This document shows positions 1 through 8,975 of a stretch of 45,965 nucleotides of DNA, piece after piece. Each line of letters begins with the position of its first letter. Position 1 is the first letter of the stretch. Below the pieces are notes generated by a model that worked only from the letters and a program-made list of their open reading frames with translations, was not told the DNA's origin and searched no databases. The DNA comes from Chloropicon primus (lineage: Eukaryota), in the NCBI GenBank assembly GCA_023205875.1, contig CP060770.1, positions 434,001-479,965 of the forward strand, in the 5' to 3' direction. The translations under genes were made by a program, and so were the position numbers.

Positions 1-28
1 GGACACCGACGCTATCACGACGTTCAAG

Positions 29-988
29 ATGCCCAAGCCTTCCAGTATCGCTGGAAAGTTGACGAACAACACCGACAAGGTCGTCGTTCATGTGGACCCT
101 AACGCTAACAGCAACCCAGAAGTCTTCGCAATCGACGAGGCCGTGAGCCCAAGCGATGCAGGAAACATCCCAGAGGACTCTTACTTGATGGGCAACGTGT
201 ATTACGTTCACGCCAACAGCGTGTCTGCTTTGGTGGAGGCCGCCAACGACAAGGAGAACGTTTCCATCAGCGCGAGGTTTGCTGCGGGCAGCATGGTGGA
301 CTTTTTCAGGAAGAGGCTCAAGGAGGGTCACAAGGTTTACGCCCACGAGTGCAAGCACGTCCTTTGCCTGAACACGTTGAACCAGTTCAAGTTCGCGGAC
401 TCTTTCTTCAAGTTCTATGCCTCTCAGGTGAGGAAGGCCATTGAGGACCAGAAGCAGAAGCACAACGACACGAACATGGCGGAGAACTTCAAGACCGAGT
501 TCAGCGCAACGGAGAGGAAGAAGAAGGAGATGTACGAAAAATACGAAAAGAAGCTGTCGCAGACGAACCACATCATTCCCGTCTACGTCGTGAAGCAGGA
601 GCTTGCGAGGTCGACCTTGGACACAGATCAGATCATGTCGGAATTCGAGAGCCATTATGCGACAATCTCTCAGAACCAGCGCAACGTGACCCTCACGAAA
701 GGAAAGAGCGGCGCCATGCAGGTGCAGCCTCAGGAGAAGAAGTACACGCTGCCGCAACGATTTTGTGACACGAGCACGTGGAAGCATCAGCCAGTGAAGC
801 AGCATTCGGTGTTCACGACCACGAACTCGACTTATGGCCTCAAGGCCCCCTCACCGCAGACAATGCCAGGCCTCTTTGCTGGAATTAATGGATCCTTCAC
901 CACCCACTTCCCGGGCCTGTACAAGTCCTCCGGATTTAACACGGCGAAGACGACGTCCAAGGTGCACAAGTCTTTGGACGACTTTTGA
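29..988 (+). CDS. Pierce1/2 (FAP182, DUF4490)-like axonemal microtubule inner protein; N-terminal two thirds unassigned
   Basis: 319-aa ORF with strong GC3 bias. The C-terminus HSVFTTTNSTYGLKAPSPQTMPGLFAGINGSFTTHFPGLYKSSGFNT resembles the Pierce motif (Y/F-xT(S/T)NxxYG-xxxP...MP..F....xFS/T...G.(F/Y)....LN). TGTAA poly(A) signal at 1019-1023. Confidence 0.65.
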   Translation: MPKPSSIAGKLTNNTDKVVVHVDPNANSNPEVFAIDEAVSPSDAGNIPEDSYLMGNVYYVHANSVSALVEAANDKENVSISARFAAGSMVDFFRKRLKEGHKVYAHECKHVLCLNTLNQFKFADSFFKFYASQVRKAIEDQKQKHNDTNMAENFKTEFSATERKKKEMYEKYEKKLSQTNHIIPVYVVKQELARSTLDTDQIMSEFESHYATISQNQRNVTLTKGKSGAMQVQPQEKKYTLPQRFCDTSTWKHQPVKQHSVFTTTNSTYGLKAPSPQTMPGLFAGINGSFTTHFPGLYKSSGFNTAKTTSKVHKSLDDF

Positions 989-1234
989 GGGCGCACTTGA
1001 CTCCCTTGAGACATTCTTTGTAATATAGACGCCAGCCTTCATGATGATAACACCCGGCCATGTCCATGTCCTCGGCTCAGTCCTCGGCTCGCTCGCCTCG
1101 ATCGATCGTGCGTTACCGGAATGAAGGGGAACGCGGACCTCATCAGATCAGGAGAAAAGGTGTCGAGAAGAGAAGAGGAGGAGGAAAGAAGGAGGACGAG
1201 GAGGTTCATGACAAGGGATTTATTCGTTTTGTGC

Positions 1235-2815
1235 CTAAAAATAATTCTCCTCGATCCACTGAAGGATGTGCTGGTGATCATGATTCTTCGCAGAACGTTT
1301 GCACATTGCTGGGTACCAAGGGCAAGGCGGATCCTGGCTTCGAAGCCACTGCAGAACATCAAGGTGACCTCCTCCAGCTGCATCTCTACAAGTCTCGTAC
1401 TTCCAAGGGCAAGGCGGGTCCTGGCTTCGAGCCCACTGCAGAACATCAAGGTGGCCTCTGTAAGCTGCAGAAGAACAAGTCTCCCCGTTCCAAGGGCAAG
1501 GCGGATTCTGGCTTCGAGCCCACTGCAGAACATCAAGGTGACCTCCTCCAGCTGCATCTCTACAAGTCTCGTACTTCCAAGGGCAAGGCGGGTCCTGGCT
1601 TCGAGCCCACTGCAGAACATCAAGGTGACCTCCTCCAGCTGCCCCAAAACAAGTCCTCTCGTCCCAAGGGCAAGGCGGGTCCTGGCTTCGAGCCCACTGC
1701 AGAACATCAAGGTGACCTCCTCCAGCTGCCCCCAAACAAGTCCCCTCGTCCCAAGGGCAAGGCGGATTCTGGCTTCGAGCCCACTGCAGAACATCAAGGT
1801 GACCTCCTCCAGCTGCCCCAAAACAAGTCCCCGCGTCCCAAGGGCAAGGCGGGTCCTGGCTTCGAGCCCACTTCAGAACATCAAGGTGACCTTCGTTGGC
1901 TGCCCAAGCGCAAGCCCACCTGTCCCAAGGGCAAGGCGGATTCTGCCTTCGAGCCCACTGCAGAACATCAAGGTAACCTTCTCCAGCTGCATTATAACAA
2001 GTCCCCGTGTCCCAAGGGCAAGGCGGGTCCTGGCTTCGAGCCCACTGCAGAATTTCAAGGTGACCTCCTCTAGCTGCAAAAGAACAAGTCCTCTCGTCCC
2101 AAGGACAAGGCGGATTCTGGCTTCGAAGCCACTGCAGAACATCAAGGTGACCTCCTCCAGCTGCCTCAAAACAAGTCCCCGCGTCCCAAGGGCAAGGCGG
2201 GTCCTGGCTTCGAGCCCACTGCAGAACATCAAGGTGACCTCCTCTAGCTGCAAAAGAACAAGTCATCTCATTAAACTTGCACCCCTTGCTCCTCAGCCCC
2301 TGCAGAACATCAATGTGACCTCCTGCAGCAGCTCCTCTAGCTGCTACTGCTCCATAATACAACGGGCGCTCGATATCCAAAGGGATCCCTTGGCTCACCA
2401 ACCACTTCACCGCCTTCTTGCTGCCCTGGAAAGCGGCGAGGTGCAGCAGGTCAGAGTCGTACAAGTGGCCGGAGAGCCTGTCATATGCCCGTACCCCCTC
2501 CTTCTTCCTTTTGAACGACTGAAACACCCACTGGAACCAACTCAAACTGAAGCAAGGCATCTGCTTGAACAACCTCTCTGTCCTCAGGTCCGTCCTCAGG
2601 CGAGCCTTCTTCTTCTTCTGAGGGTGTGGAGAAGGGCTCGCCGCCGTCGTCACGAACTCGAGGAACGTCTTGCAGGTCAACCCAAAAGCGAGGCGGTCGT
2701 AGGAACTCAGCTTCTTCATGACCAGGAGCCATGCACTACCTGGCAGCACCTCCAACGCATCCCTGCCCTCCCTCCGCTGCCTCTTGCTCTCCCTCGTCTC
2801 CTCCATCATGTTCAT
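1235..2815 (-). CDS. F-box-like + ankyrin-like repeat protein (copy 1, 11 PPCPW repeats)
   Basis: 526-aa ORF. N-terminal LEVLPGSAWLLVMKKLSSYDRLAFGLTCKTF fits the F-box pattern LxxLP...L...D......VC(K/R)x(W/F). It is followed by 29-aa repeats TCxxAAxxGHLDVLQWxRSQDPPCPW carrying the ankyrin AAxxGHL core. Confidence 0.85.
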   Translation of the reverse strand: MNMMEETRESKRQRREGRDALEVLPGSAWLLVMKKLSSYDRLAFGLTCKTFLEFVTTAASPSPHPQKKKKARLRTDLRTERLFKQMPCFSLSWFQWVFQSFKRKKEGVRAYDRLSGHLYDSDLLHLAAFQGSKKAVKWLVSQGIPLDIERPLYYGAVAARGAAAGGHIDVLQGLRSKGCKFNEMTCSFAARGGHLDVLQWARSQDPPCPWDAGTCFEAAGGGHLDVLQWLRSQNPPCPWDERTCSFAARGGHLEILQWARSQDPPCPWDTGTCYNAAGEGYLDVLQWARRQNPPCPWDRWACAWAANEGHLDVLKWARSQDPPCPWDAGTCFGAAGGGHLDVLQWARSQNPPCPWDEGTCLGAAGGGHLDVLQWARSQDPPCPWDERTCFGAAGGGHLDVLQWARSQDPPCPWKYETCRDAAGGGHLDVLQWARSQNPPCPWNGETCSSAAYRGHLDVLQWARSQDPPCPWKYETCRDAAGGGHLDVLQWLRSQDPPCPWYPAMCKRSAKNHDHQHILQWIEENYF

Positions 2816-2854
2816 GTCCGTGCTCCTCAGACGATCCTCACCACTGGGTCGTTC

Positions 2855-2880
2855 CTTTCGCGCGAGGGCTCGTTCGAAAG
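2855..2880. promoter_or_regulatory. Conserved inverted repeat CTTTCG-N14-CGAAAG upstream of ankyrin copy 1
   Basis: The same 26-bp element occurs at 5322-5347 and 7243-7268, 40-70 bp upstream of each ATG; a degenerate copy lies at 5520-5545. Confidence 0.5.
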
Positions 2881-3288
2881 AGCAAGAGACGACGACGACG
2901 ACCTTCCTGTCCTCCGCCTCTCTCTTTTCCTCCTCCGCGCGCTCCCGTACTCGTTTGTTTCTCTTCTCGCCTCGTCCTCGTTCGCCCTCGTGCTCGCCCG
3001 TTATGATGGTTCAGCGGCAGAAGAGAAAGAGCAAGGGGGGCGCCTCGAGGAGAGAGGAGTAATCAGGAAGGAAGCTGATGCTCATCCTAATGATCGTGTA
3101 TCATATTTGCTAAAAACGGTGTGTTTTCATCTTGCCCTTGTTCCCAGCTTGTTTTCAAGACCGAGACTTCTCCCTGATCCGGTCCGCACGGTGGTGGCGG
3201 CAGCGTGATGCGACGGAACGCAAGAGGTCTTGGCGAGAAGAGCTCCAACCCGCGTGTCCCGCTCATGATCGCTCCAAGAACCGAAATT

Positions 3289-5268
3289 CTACCAGTAACG
3301 CTCTTCTTCAGACTCGTCGCTGATGATGTAATACTGATCGTCGCTGTAATCGTCAATGTTCATCCAGAGCTCATCCTCAACGTCAAGAGCATCTCTGTCT
3401 TCAGGTCTTTGGTCCTCCTCGATCCACTGGAGCACGCCCCGGCGACCATGCTGCTCCGCCAGTCTTTTGCATTCCCTTGGGTTCCAAGGGCAAGGCGGAT
3501 TCTGAGTTCGAGCCCACTGCAGAAGATCAAGGTGACCTCCTTTAGCTGCCCAACCACAAGTATTCTCGTCCCAATCACAAGGTGGACGCTGACTTCGAAG
3601 CCACTTCAGAACGCCAAGGTGACCGAATCGAGCAGCAGCAGCACAAGTATCCTCGTCCCAAGGGCAAGGCGGATCCTGACTTCGCAGCCACTGCAGAATA
3701 GGAAGGTCGCTTGCCATGGCTGCGTACTGACAAGTCCTGTAGTCCCAAGGGCAAGGCGGATCCTGGCTTCGAGCCCACTTCAGAAAATCAAGGTGACCTT
3801 CGTTGGCTGCCCAAGCGCAAGCCCACCTGTCCCAAGGGCAAGGCGGATTCTGGCTTCGGACCCACTGCAGAACATGAAGGTGGCCTCCTCGAGCTGCAGC
3901 AGAACAAGTCTCCGCGTCCCAAGGGCAAGGCGGATCCTGGCTTCGAGCCCACTGCAGCACGTCAACGTGACCTCCTGCAGCTGCCGAAGCACAAGCCTTC
4001 GCATCCCAAGGGCAAGGCGGGTCATGGCTTCGGAGCCACTGCAGAACCTCGACGTGACCGTGCTCGGCTGCATCAGCACAAGTCCACCCACTCCAAGCGC
4101 AAGGTGGATCCTGACTTAGAGCCCACTGCAGAACATGACTATGGCCTCCTCTGCATGCACTATCACAAGTGCTCTCGTTCCAAGGACAAGGCGGGTCCTG
4201 GCTTCTCAGCCACTGCAGAACACCAAGGTGACCAAACTCTGCTGCACTAGCACAAGTCCCCACGCTCCAACGGCAAGGCGGATCCTGGCTTCGAGCCCAC
4301 TGCAGAACGTGAAGGTGACCTCCTGAAGCTGCCCAATCACAAGTCCTCCAGTCCCAAGGGCAAGGCGGATCCTGGCTTCGAGCCCACTGCAGAATATCAA
4401 GGCGGCCTTGTGCAGCTGCCCAAGAACAAGTCCTCCAGTCCCAAGGGCAAGGCGGATCCTGGCTTCGAAACCACTGCAGAATGTGAAGGTGACCTCCATC
4501 GGCGGCATGAGCACAAGTCCACTCCTTCCAAGGGCAAGGCGGATCCTGGCTTCGAGCCCACTGCACAATATCAAGGCGGCCTGCTTTAGCTGCCTCGCCA
4601 CAAGTATTCTCGTTCCAAGGGCAAGGCGGGTCCTGGCTTCGGAGCCACTGCAGAACTTCGAGATGGCCTCCTTTAGCTGCACGTTGGCAAATGGATGCAT
4701 CGAGCTCGCATCCCTCGCTCCTCAACCACTTCAGCACATGAATGTGACCGCCGCTAGCAGCAGCTTCCACACTCTTCCAGTCTCCGATATCCAAGCAGAT
4801 CCCTTGGCTCACCAACCACTTCATCACCTTCTTGCTGCCCTGGAAAGCGGCGAGGTACATCAGGTCTGAGTCGTAAAAGTGGCCCGTGTACTTGTCTTCG
4901 TTCCATTCCTCGTCCCTATCCGGCGAATCAACCTTCCAATCAAACGAGCCAAGCACCCACTGGTACCAACTGAAAGTGAAGCGAGGCATCTGCTTGCACA
5001 GCACGCGGTTCGTCAGGTCCGTCCTCAGAAGAGCCTCCTTCTCCTCCTGAGGGTGTTGAGACTGCTTCTCCGTCGTCGTCCTCACCGCGTCGAGGAACGT
5101 CCTGCAGGTCAAACCAAAAGCGAGGTGGTCGTACTCATCCAGCTGCTTCAAGACGAGGAACCACGCACTCCCTGGAAGGACTTCCAACGCATCCCTGCCC
5201 TCCCGCCTCGGCCTTTGGTCCCTTCGTCGCCCTTGCCCTCCCCCTGGGTTCAAGAAGCCCGCCTGCAT
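3289..5268 (-). CDS. F-box-like + ankyrin-like repeat protein (copy 2, 14 repeats, acidic C-terminal tail)
   Basis: Same architecture as copy 1 (LEVLPGSAWFLVLKQLDEYDHLAFGLTCRTF; YDSDLMYLAAFQGS). First true ATG is at 5268; the track start at 5274 is GTG. Confidence 0.85.
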   Translation of the reverse strand: MQAGFLNPGGGQGRRRDQRPRREGRDALEVLPGSAWFLVLKQLDEYDHLAFGLTCRTFLDAVRTTTEKQSQHPQEEKEALLRTDLTNRVLCKQMPRFTFSWYQWVLGSFDWKVDSPDRDEEWNEDKYTGHFYDSDLMYLAAFQGSKKVMKWLVSQGICLDIGDWKSVEAAASGGHIHVLKWLRSEGCELDASICQRAAKGGHLEVLQWLRSQDPPCPWNENTCGEAAKAGRLDIVQWARSQDPPCPWKEWTCAHAADGGHLHILQWFRSQDPPCPWDWRTCSWAAAQGRLDILQWARSQDPPCPWDWRTCDWAASGGHLHVLQWARSQDPPCRWSVGTCASAAEFGHLGVLQWLRSQDPPCPWNESTCDSACRGGHSHVLQWALSQDPPCAWSGWTCADAAEHGHVEVLQWLRSHDPPCPWDAKACASAAAGGHVDVLQWARSQDPPCPWDAETCSAAARGGHLHVLQWVRSQNPPCPWDRWACAWAANEGHLDFLKWARSQDPPCPWDYRTCQYAAMASDLPILQWLRSQDPPCPWDEDTCAAAARFGHLGVLKWLRSQRPPCDWDENTCGWAAKGGHLDLLQWARTQNPPCPWNPRECKRLAEQHGRRGVLQWIEEDQRPEDRDALDVEDELWMNIDDYSDDQYYIISDESEEERYW

Positions 5269-5321
5269 GATCACGATCTAGGTTTCTTTTTCTTTCGTTC
5301 GCCCTCGCCACAACGTCGTTC

Positions 5322-5347
5322 CTTTCGAGCGACGGCTGGTTCGAAAG
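5322..5347. promoter_or_regulatory. Conserved inverted repeat CTTTCGA-N12-TCGAAAG upstream of ankyrin copy 2
   Basis: ctttcgagcgacggctggttcgaaag; same length and arms as at 2855 and 7243. Confidence 0.5.
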
Positions 5348-5710
5348 ATCAAGAGACGACACACGCTTCAGCTGATCTGTCGCTACCTCCCTCTCTTTTC
5401 TCCCAACGCGCGTCCCCTCGTGCCCAGCCTTCCCCTCTCCCTCACGATCGCTTCGATCGTTCCTTATCCGTTTCTGTTTCTCTTGTCCACAAAAAAAAAC
5501 TTCGCTCGTGCGTCGTTTTTTTTCATGCGAGGGCTCTTTCGAAAGAGGAAGACGATGCGGTTCCTTCTGCGCACCTCTCCGTCGCCCTTTCCTCCCTCTC
5601 CGTCGCTCCCCTTCGCCTTCTTTCTCTCTCTCGCTCTTTCACCAACGGCCGCCGGGCGTACGTTACCAAATGGGGAATCCAAAACCGTTTCGAATGGCGG
5701 GAAAGATATC

Positions 5711-7174
5711 TCAACGACCTTTCTTTCGAGGAGGACGAGGAGGTTCATGACATTTCGTGGCTTCAATAGAATTCTCCTCGATCCACTCAAGGATGTGCTG
5801 GTACTCATAACGCTCCGCAACACTTTTGCACTTTGCTGGTTCCCAAGGGCAAGGCGGGTCCTGGCTTCGAAGCCACTGCAGGACATCGAGGTGACCCAAT
5901 TGAGCTGCCCAATGACAAGTCTCGTCGTCCCAAGGACAAGGCGGATCCTGGCTTCGAGCCCACTGCAGAAGATGAAGGTGACCTCTTCCAGCTGCCTCTT
6001 TACAAGTCTCCCTGTCCCAAGGGCAAGGCGGATCCTGACTTCGAGCCCACTGCAGAAGGTGAAGGCGACCTCCAAAAGCTGCCTCTTTACAAGTCCCCGC
6101 GTCCCAAGGACAAGGCGGATCCTGACTTCGAGCCCACTGCAGAACATCAAGGTGACCTCCTCCAGCTGCCCCAAAACAAGTCCCCGCGTCCCAAGGACAA
6201 GGCGGATCCTGACTTCGGAGCCACTGCAGAACATCAAGGTGACCTCCTCGAGCTGCCCCAAAACAAGTCCCCGCGTCCCAAGGGCAAGGCGGGCTCTGAC
6301 TTCGAGCCCACTGCAGAATTTCGAGGTGACCTCGATAAGCTGCATATCGACACGTTTTCTCGGCCCAAGGACAAGGCGGGTCCTGACTTTGAGCCCACTG
6401 CAGAATTTCGAGGTGACCTCGATAAGCTGCCCAAGAACAAGTCCCCTCGTCCCAAGGACAAGGAGGGTCCTGACTTCGAGCCCACTGCAGAACATCAAGG
6501 TGACCAAATTCAGCTGCAGAACGACAAGTCCTCCCCTCCCAGGGGCAAGGCGGGTCTTGACTTCGGAGCCACTGCAGAACATCAAGGTGACCTCCCCTGG
6601 CTGCCCCTTCACAAGTCCCCACATCCAACTCGCACCCCTCGCTCCTCAACCATCTCAGCACATCAATGTGACCTCCTGCAGCTGCACCTACAACTGCTAC
6701 CACTCCATGATAATAGCACTTGATACCCAAAGAGACCCCTTGACTCATCAGCCACTTCATCACCTTGATGCTGCCCTGGAAAGCGGCGAGACGCATCAGA
6801 TCAGAGTCGTACAAGCGGTCGTAGTACTGTCCACATCTATGGAGTTCCGGTGCTCCCTTCCTCCTTTCAAACGACTGAAACACCCACTGGAACCAACTCA
6901 TGCTGAAGCAAGGCATCTGCTTCAAAATCGTTTTCTTTGTCAGGCCCGTCTTCTTCAGAGGAACCTGCTGCTTCTCCTCCTGAGGGTGTGGCGACTGCTT
7001 CACCGTCGTCGTCGTCACCGCCTTGAGGAACGTCCTGCAGGTCAAACCAAATGCGACCCGGTCGTAAGGGTCAACATGCCCTGCAATGATGCACCACGTG
7101 TCCTTTGGCAGAACATCCAACGCATGCCTGCCCTCACTCCTCTGCTGTGGCTTCCCTCCCTCTGCCTCCTCCAT
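5711..7174 (-). CDS. F-box-like + ankyrin-like repeat protein (copy 3, 9 repeats)
   Basis: LDVLPKDTWCIIAGHVDPYDRVAFGLTCRTF followed by 29-aa repeats. ATG 7174 (MEEAEGG) was chosen by alignment with the starts of copies 1 and 2 and by the shared upstream motif; the track ORF extends to 7411. Confidence 0.8.
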   Translation of the reverse strand: MEEAEGGKPQQRSEGRHALDVLPKDTWCIIAGHVDPYDRVAFGLTCRTFLKAVTTTTVKQSPHPQEEKQQVPLKKTGLTKKTILKQMPCFSMSWFQWVFQSFERRKGAPELHRCGQYYDRLYDSDLMRLAAFQGSIKVMKWLMSQGVSLGIKCYYHGVVAVVGAAAGGHIDVLRWLRSEGCELDVGTCEGAARGGHLDVLQWLRSQDPPCPWEGRTCRSAAEFGHLDVLQWARSQDPPCPWDEGTCSWAAYRGHLEILQWAQSQDPPCPWAEKTCRYAAYRGHLEILQWARSQSPPCPWDAGTCFGAARGGHLDVLQWLRSQDPPCPWDAGTCFGAAGGGHLDVLQWARSQDPPCPWDAGTCKEAAFGGRLHLLQWARSQDPPCPWDRETCKEAAGRGHLHLLQWARSQDPPCPWDDETCHWAAQLGHLDVLQWLRSQDPPCPWEPAKCKSVAERYEYQHILEWIEENSIEATKCHEPPRPPRKKGR

Positions 7175-7242
7175 GATCACCCCCTCCTCCTCCTCGAGCG
7201 TTCCTCTGTTTCGGTCGTCCAATCCTCCCCCGAGCGACGAAT

Positions 7243-7268
7243 CTTTCGAGTGACGGCTCTTTCGAAAG
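7243..7268. promoter_or_regulatory. Conserved inverted repeat CTTTCGA-N12-TCGAAAG upstream of ankyrin copy 3
   Basis: ctttcgagtgacggctctttcgaaag; same length and arms as at 2855 and 5322. Confidence 0.5.
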
Positions 7269-7383
7269 AGCAAGAGAGGACGCATCTGCTTGTTCTCCCA
7301 GTCCTCGCCCCACCCCGCCTCCTCTTGCCCTCTCTCCCTCCCTCCCTCGGCTTCCCAGACAAGAGCCCCGAAAGGCAATCCAT

Positions 7384-7710
7384 TTATTGCGAAGAATTCT
7401 CCTCGATCCACTCAAGGATGTGCTGGTGCTCATAACGCTCCGCAACACTTTTGCACTTTGCTGGTTCCCAAGGGCAAGGCGGGTCCTGACTTCGAAGCCA
7501 CTGCAGGACATCGAGGTGACCCAATTGAGCTGCCCAATGACAAGTCTCGTCGTCCCAAGGACAAGGCGGATCCTGGCTTCGAGCCCACTGCAGAAGATGA
7601 AGGTGACCTCCTCGAGCTGCAGAAGAACAAGTCGACCAATCAAACCTGCACCCCTCGCTCCTCAACCATTCGAGGAGAGCAGAGAGAGAGAGAGGAGAGG
7701 AGGATCGCAT
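7384..7710 (-). pseudogene. 5'-truncated fourth ankyrin-repeat copy (2 repeats plus C-cap, no F-box)
   Basis: 7394-7610 matches 5769-5985 (3' end of copy 3) with about 2 mismatches. Homology to the family ends near 7670 at a (GA)n tract. An in-frame ATG at 7710 exists, so a short expressed product is not excluded. Confidence 0.6.
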
Positions 7711-7863
7711 GGCATGACCAAGTCTCTCGTTGTTGTTGAATTCTCCTTGATCGACTGGAGGGTGTGTGGAACCCCACTGAGAAGAACGAACGTGACATCG
7801 ATCGATTGGTCGAATAGAAATACATCAAAAAACAAAACAAAACTTCTCCTAATCCTAGTAATC

Positions 7864-8975
7864 CTAGTACTCTGGTGGGCGATACTCGTCCTCGTCCTCG
7901 CTAGCCAAAACTTGCTTGTCCATTTCATAAAAAAAATACTTGTCGGACTTTCTCTTCTTCATTCTCCTCCACAGGATCACTCCGCCGACCACCAGGGGGA
8001 TCAGAACCAGTAAGACCAGCACGCCGACAAGAAACGTTCCAAAGCCTTTGCCGGCGGCACGTCCGGCGACGGACCATCCGTTTGGCTGGTCATCAGAGAA
8101 AGGATTGGCGGTGTTTGGGCTGTCCTGGCCGAACACCTGCTGCGGTTGGTCACTGGTCGAGTAAATGAAGTGGCCCACGGCGCACTCACCGACAATGTAC
8201 TCTGTCGCTCTCGACTGACCCGAGCAATACAAATCCTTGTAGTCCGTCTTCACCACGTAGATCACGCCGTCGTCCTTTACCTGCGCTGTGAAAGTTTCGC
8301 TCAGCCAGCCATCCTTGTCCAGGGTGTAGCTATAGCAAACCCCCTCCTTGAAGAGGGCGAACGCATAGTACCCAAACTCGGGCCGCGTGCACGATGTGAA
8401 CGCGCTCACGATGTTCTACGAGTTCCAGAAGAGGGACACACACACAGGCACACACAGAGACAGAGAAAGAGAGAGAGTCAGAAATGGCAAAGACTCTATG
8501 GGTGCCATCAGAATGAATCATCCTGGATGATGGCCAAGCCGTTACGGCATCCGAGCCTCGCAGTAGGCATGGTCCTCCTCACCTCGTCCTGCTCCAGTTG
8601 ATACTCTCCAGCCGAGAAGCTAGTGACGACCTCGGCGAAGAGACTCCCTTCTTCATCAAGGACCTCGCACTGACCCACCATGACAGGGACTTCATTCACG
8701 AGGTTGGCCCTCACGCACCCGCTGCGATCGTGAACACCGCTGGACGTGTAAACCTCGAGCTTCTCAGTCGTCGTGTTGTACGTCAGTCGCATGCCTTGGA
8801 CGTAGAGGCAAGTGTTCGTGGGAAAGATGGACACCCTGGTGGTCTCCAATCGAGGCTTGCACTCCCTCTCGTCAAACACTTTCAGCTTGAAGTACTCGGC
8901 CGGTGCCGCCCAGGCCAAGGCTCTGGACTGCGAAGCCAGACAGAGGACGAGGAGGGCAAGAGGGATGCAGGCCAT
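7864..8975 (-). CDS. Type I membrane protein of unknown function, 2 exons (8975-8583, 8415-7864), about 314 aa
   Basis: Signal peptide MACIPLALLVLCLASQSRA, Cys-containing ectodomain, TM FLVGVLVLLVLIPLVVGGVILW followed by RRMKKRK. Two track ORFs join in phase 0 through a GTGAGG...CTGAC...TAG intron. Confidence 0.75.
8416..8582 (-). other. Spliceosomal intron (167 nt, phase 0)
   Basis: Donor GAG|GTGAGG, branch-like TTCTGAC, CT/GT-rich tract, acceptor CGTAG|AAC; removal preserves frame. Confidence 0.75.

Noticed and set aside
1310..6600. CRISPR-like look of constant 59-bp blocks alternating with variable 28-bp blocks
   Set aside because: The period is exactly 87 bp in frame within ORFs, the variable blocks are homologous to each other, there are no cas genes and the context is eukaryotic. 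These are coding ankyrin repeats.
1060..7435. Long + strand and alternative-frame ORFs over the ankyrin genes (for example 1121-3208, 5420-7435)
   Set aside because: Shadows of a stop-free repeated module; no independent protein features.
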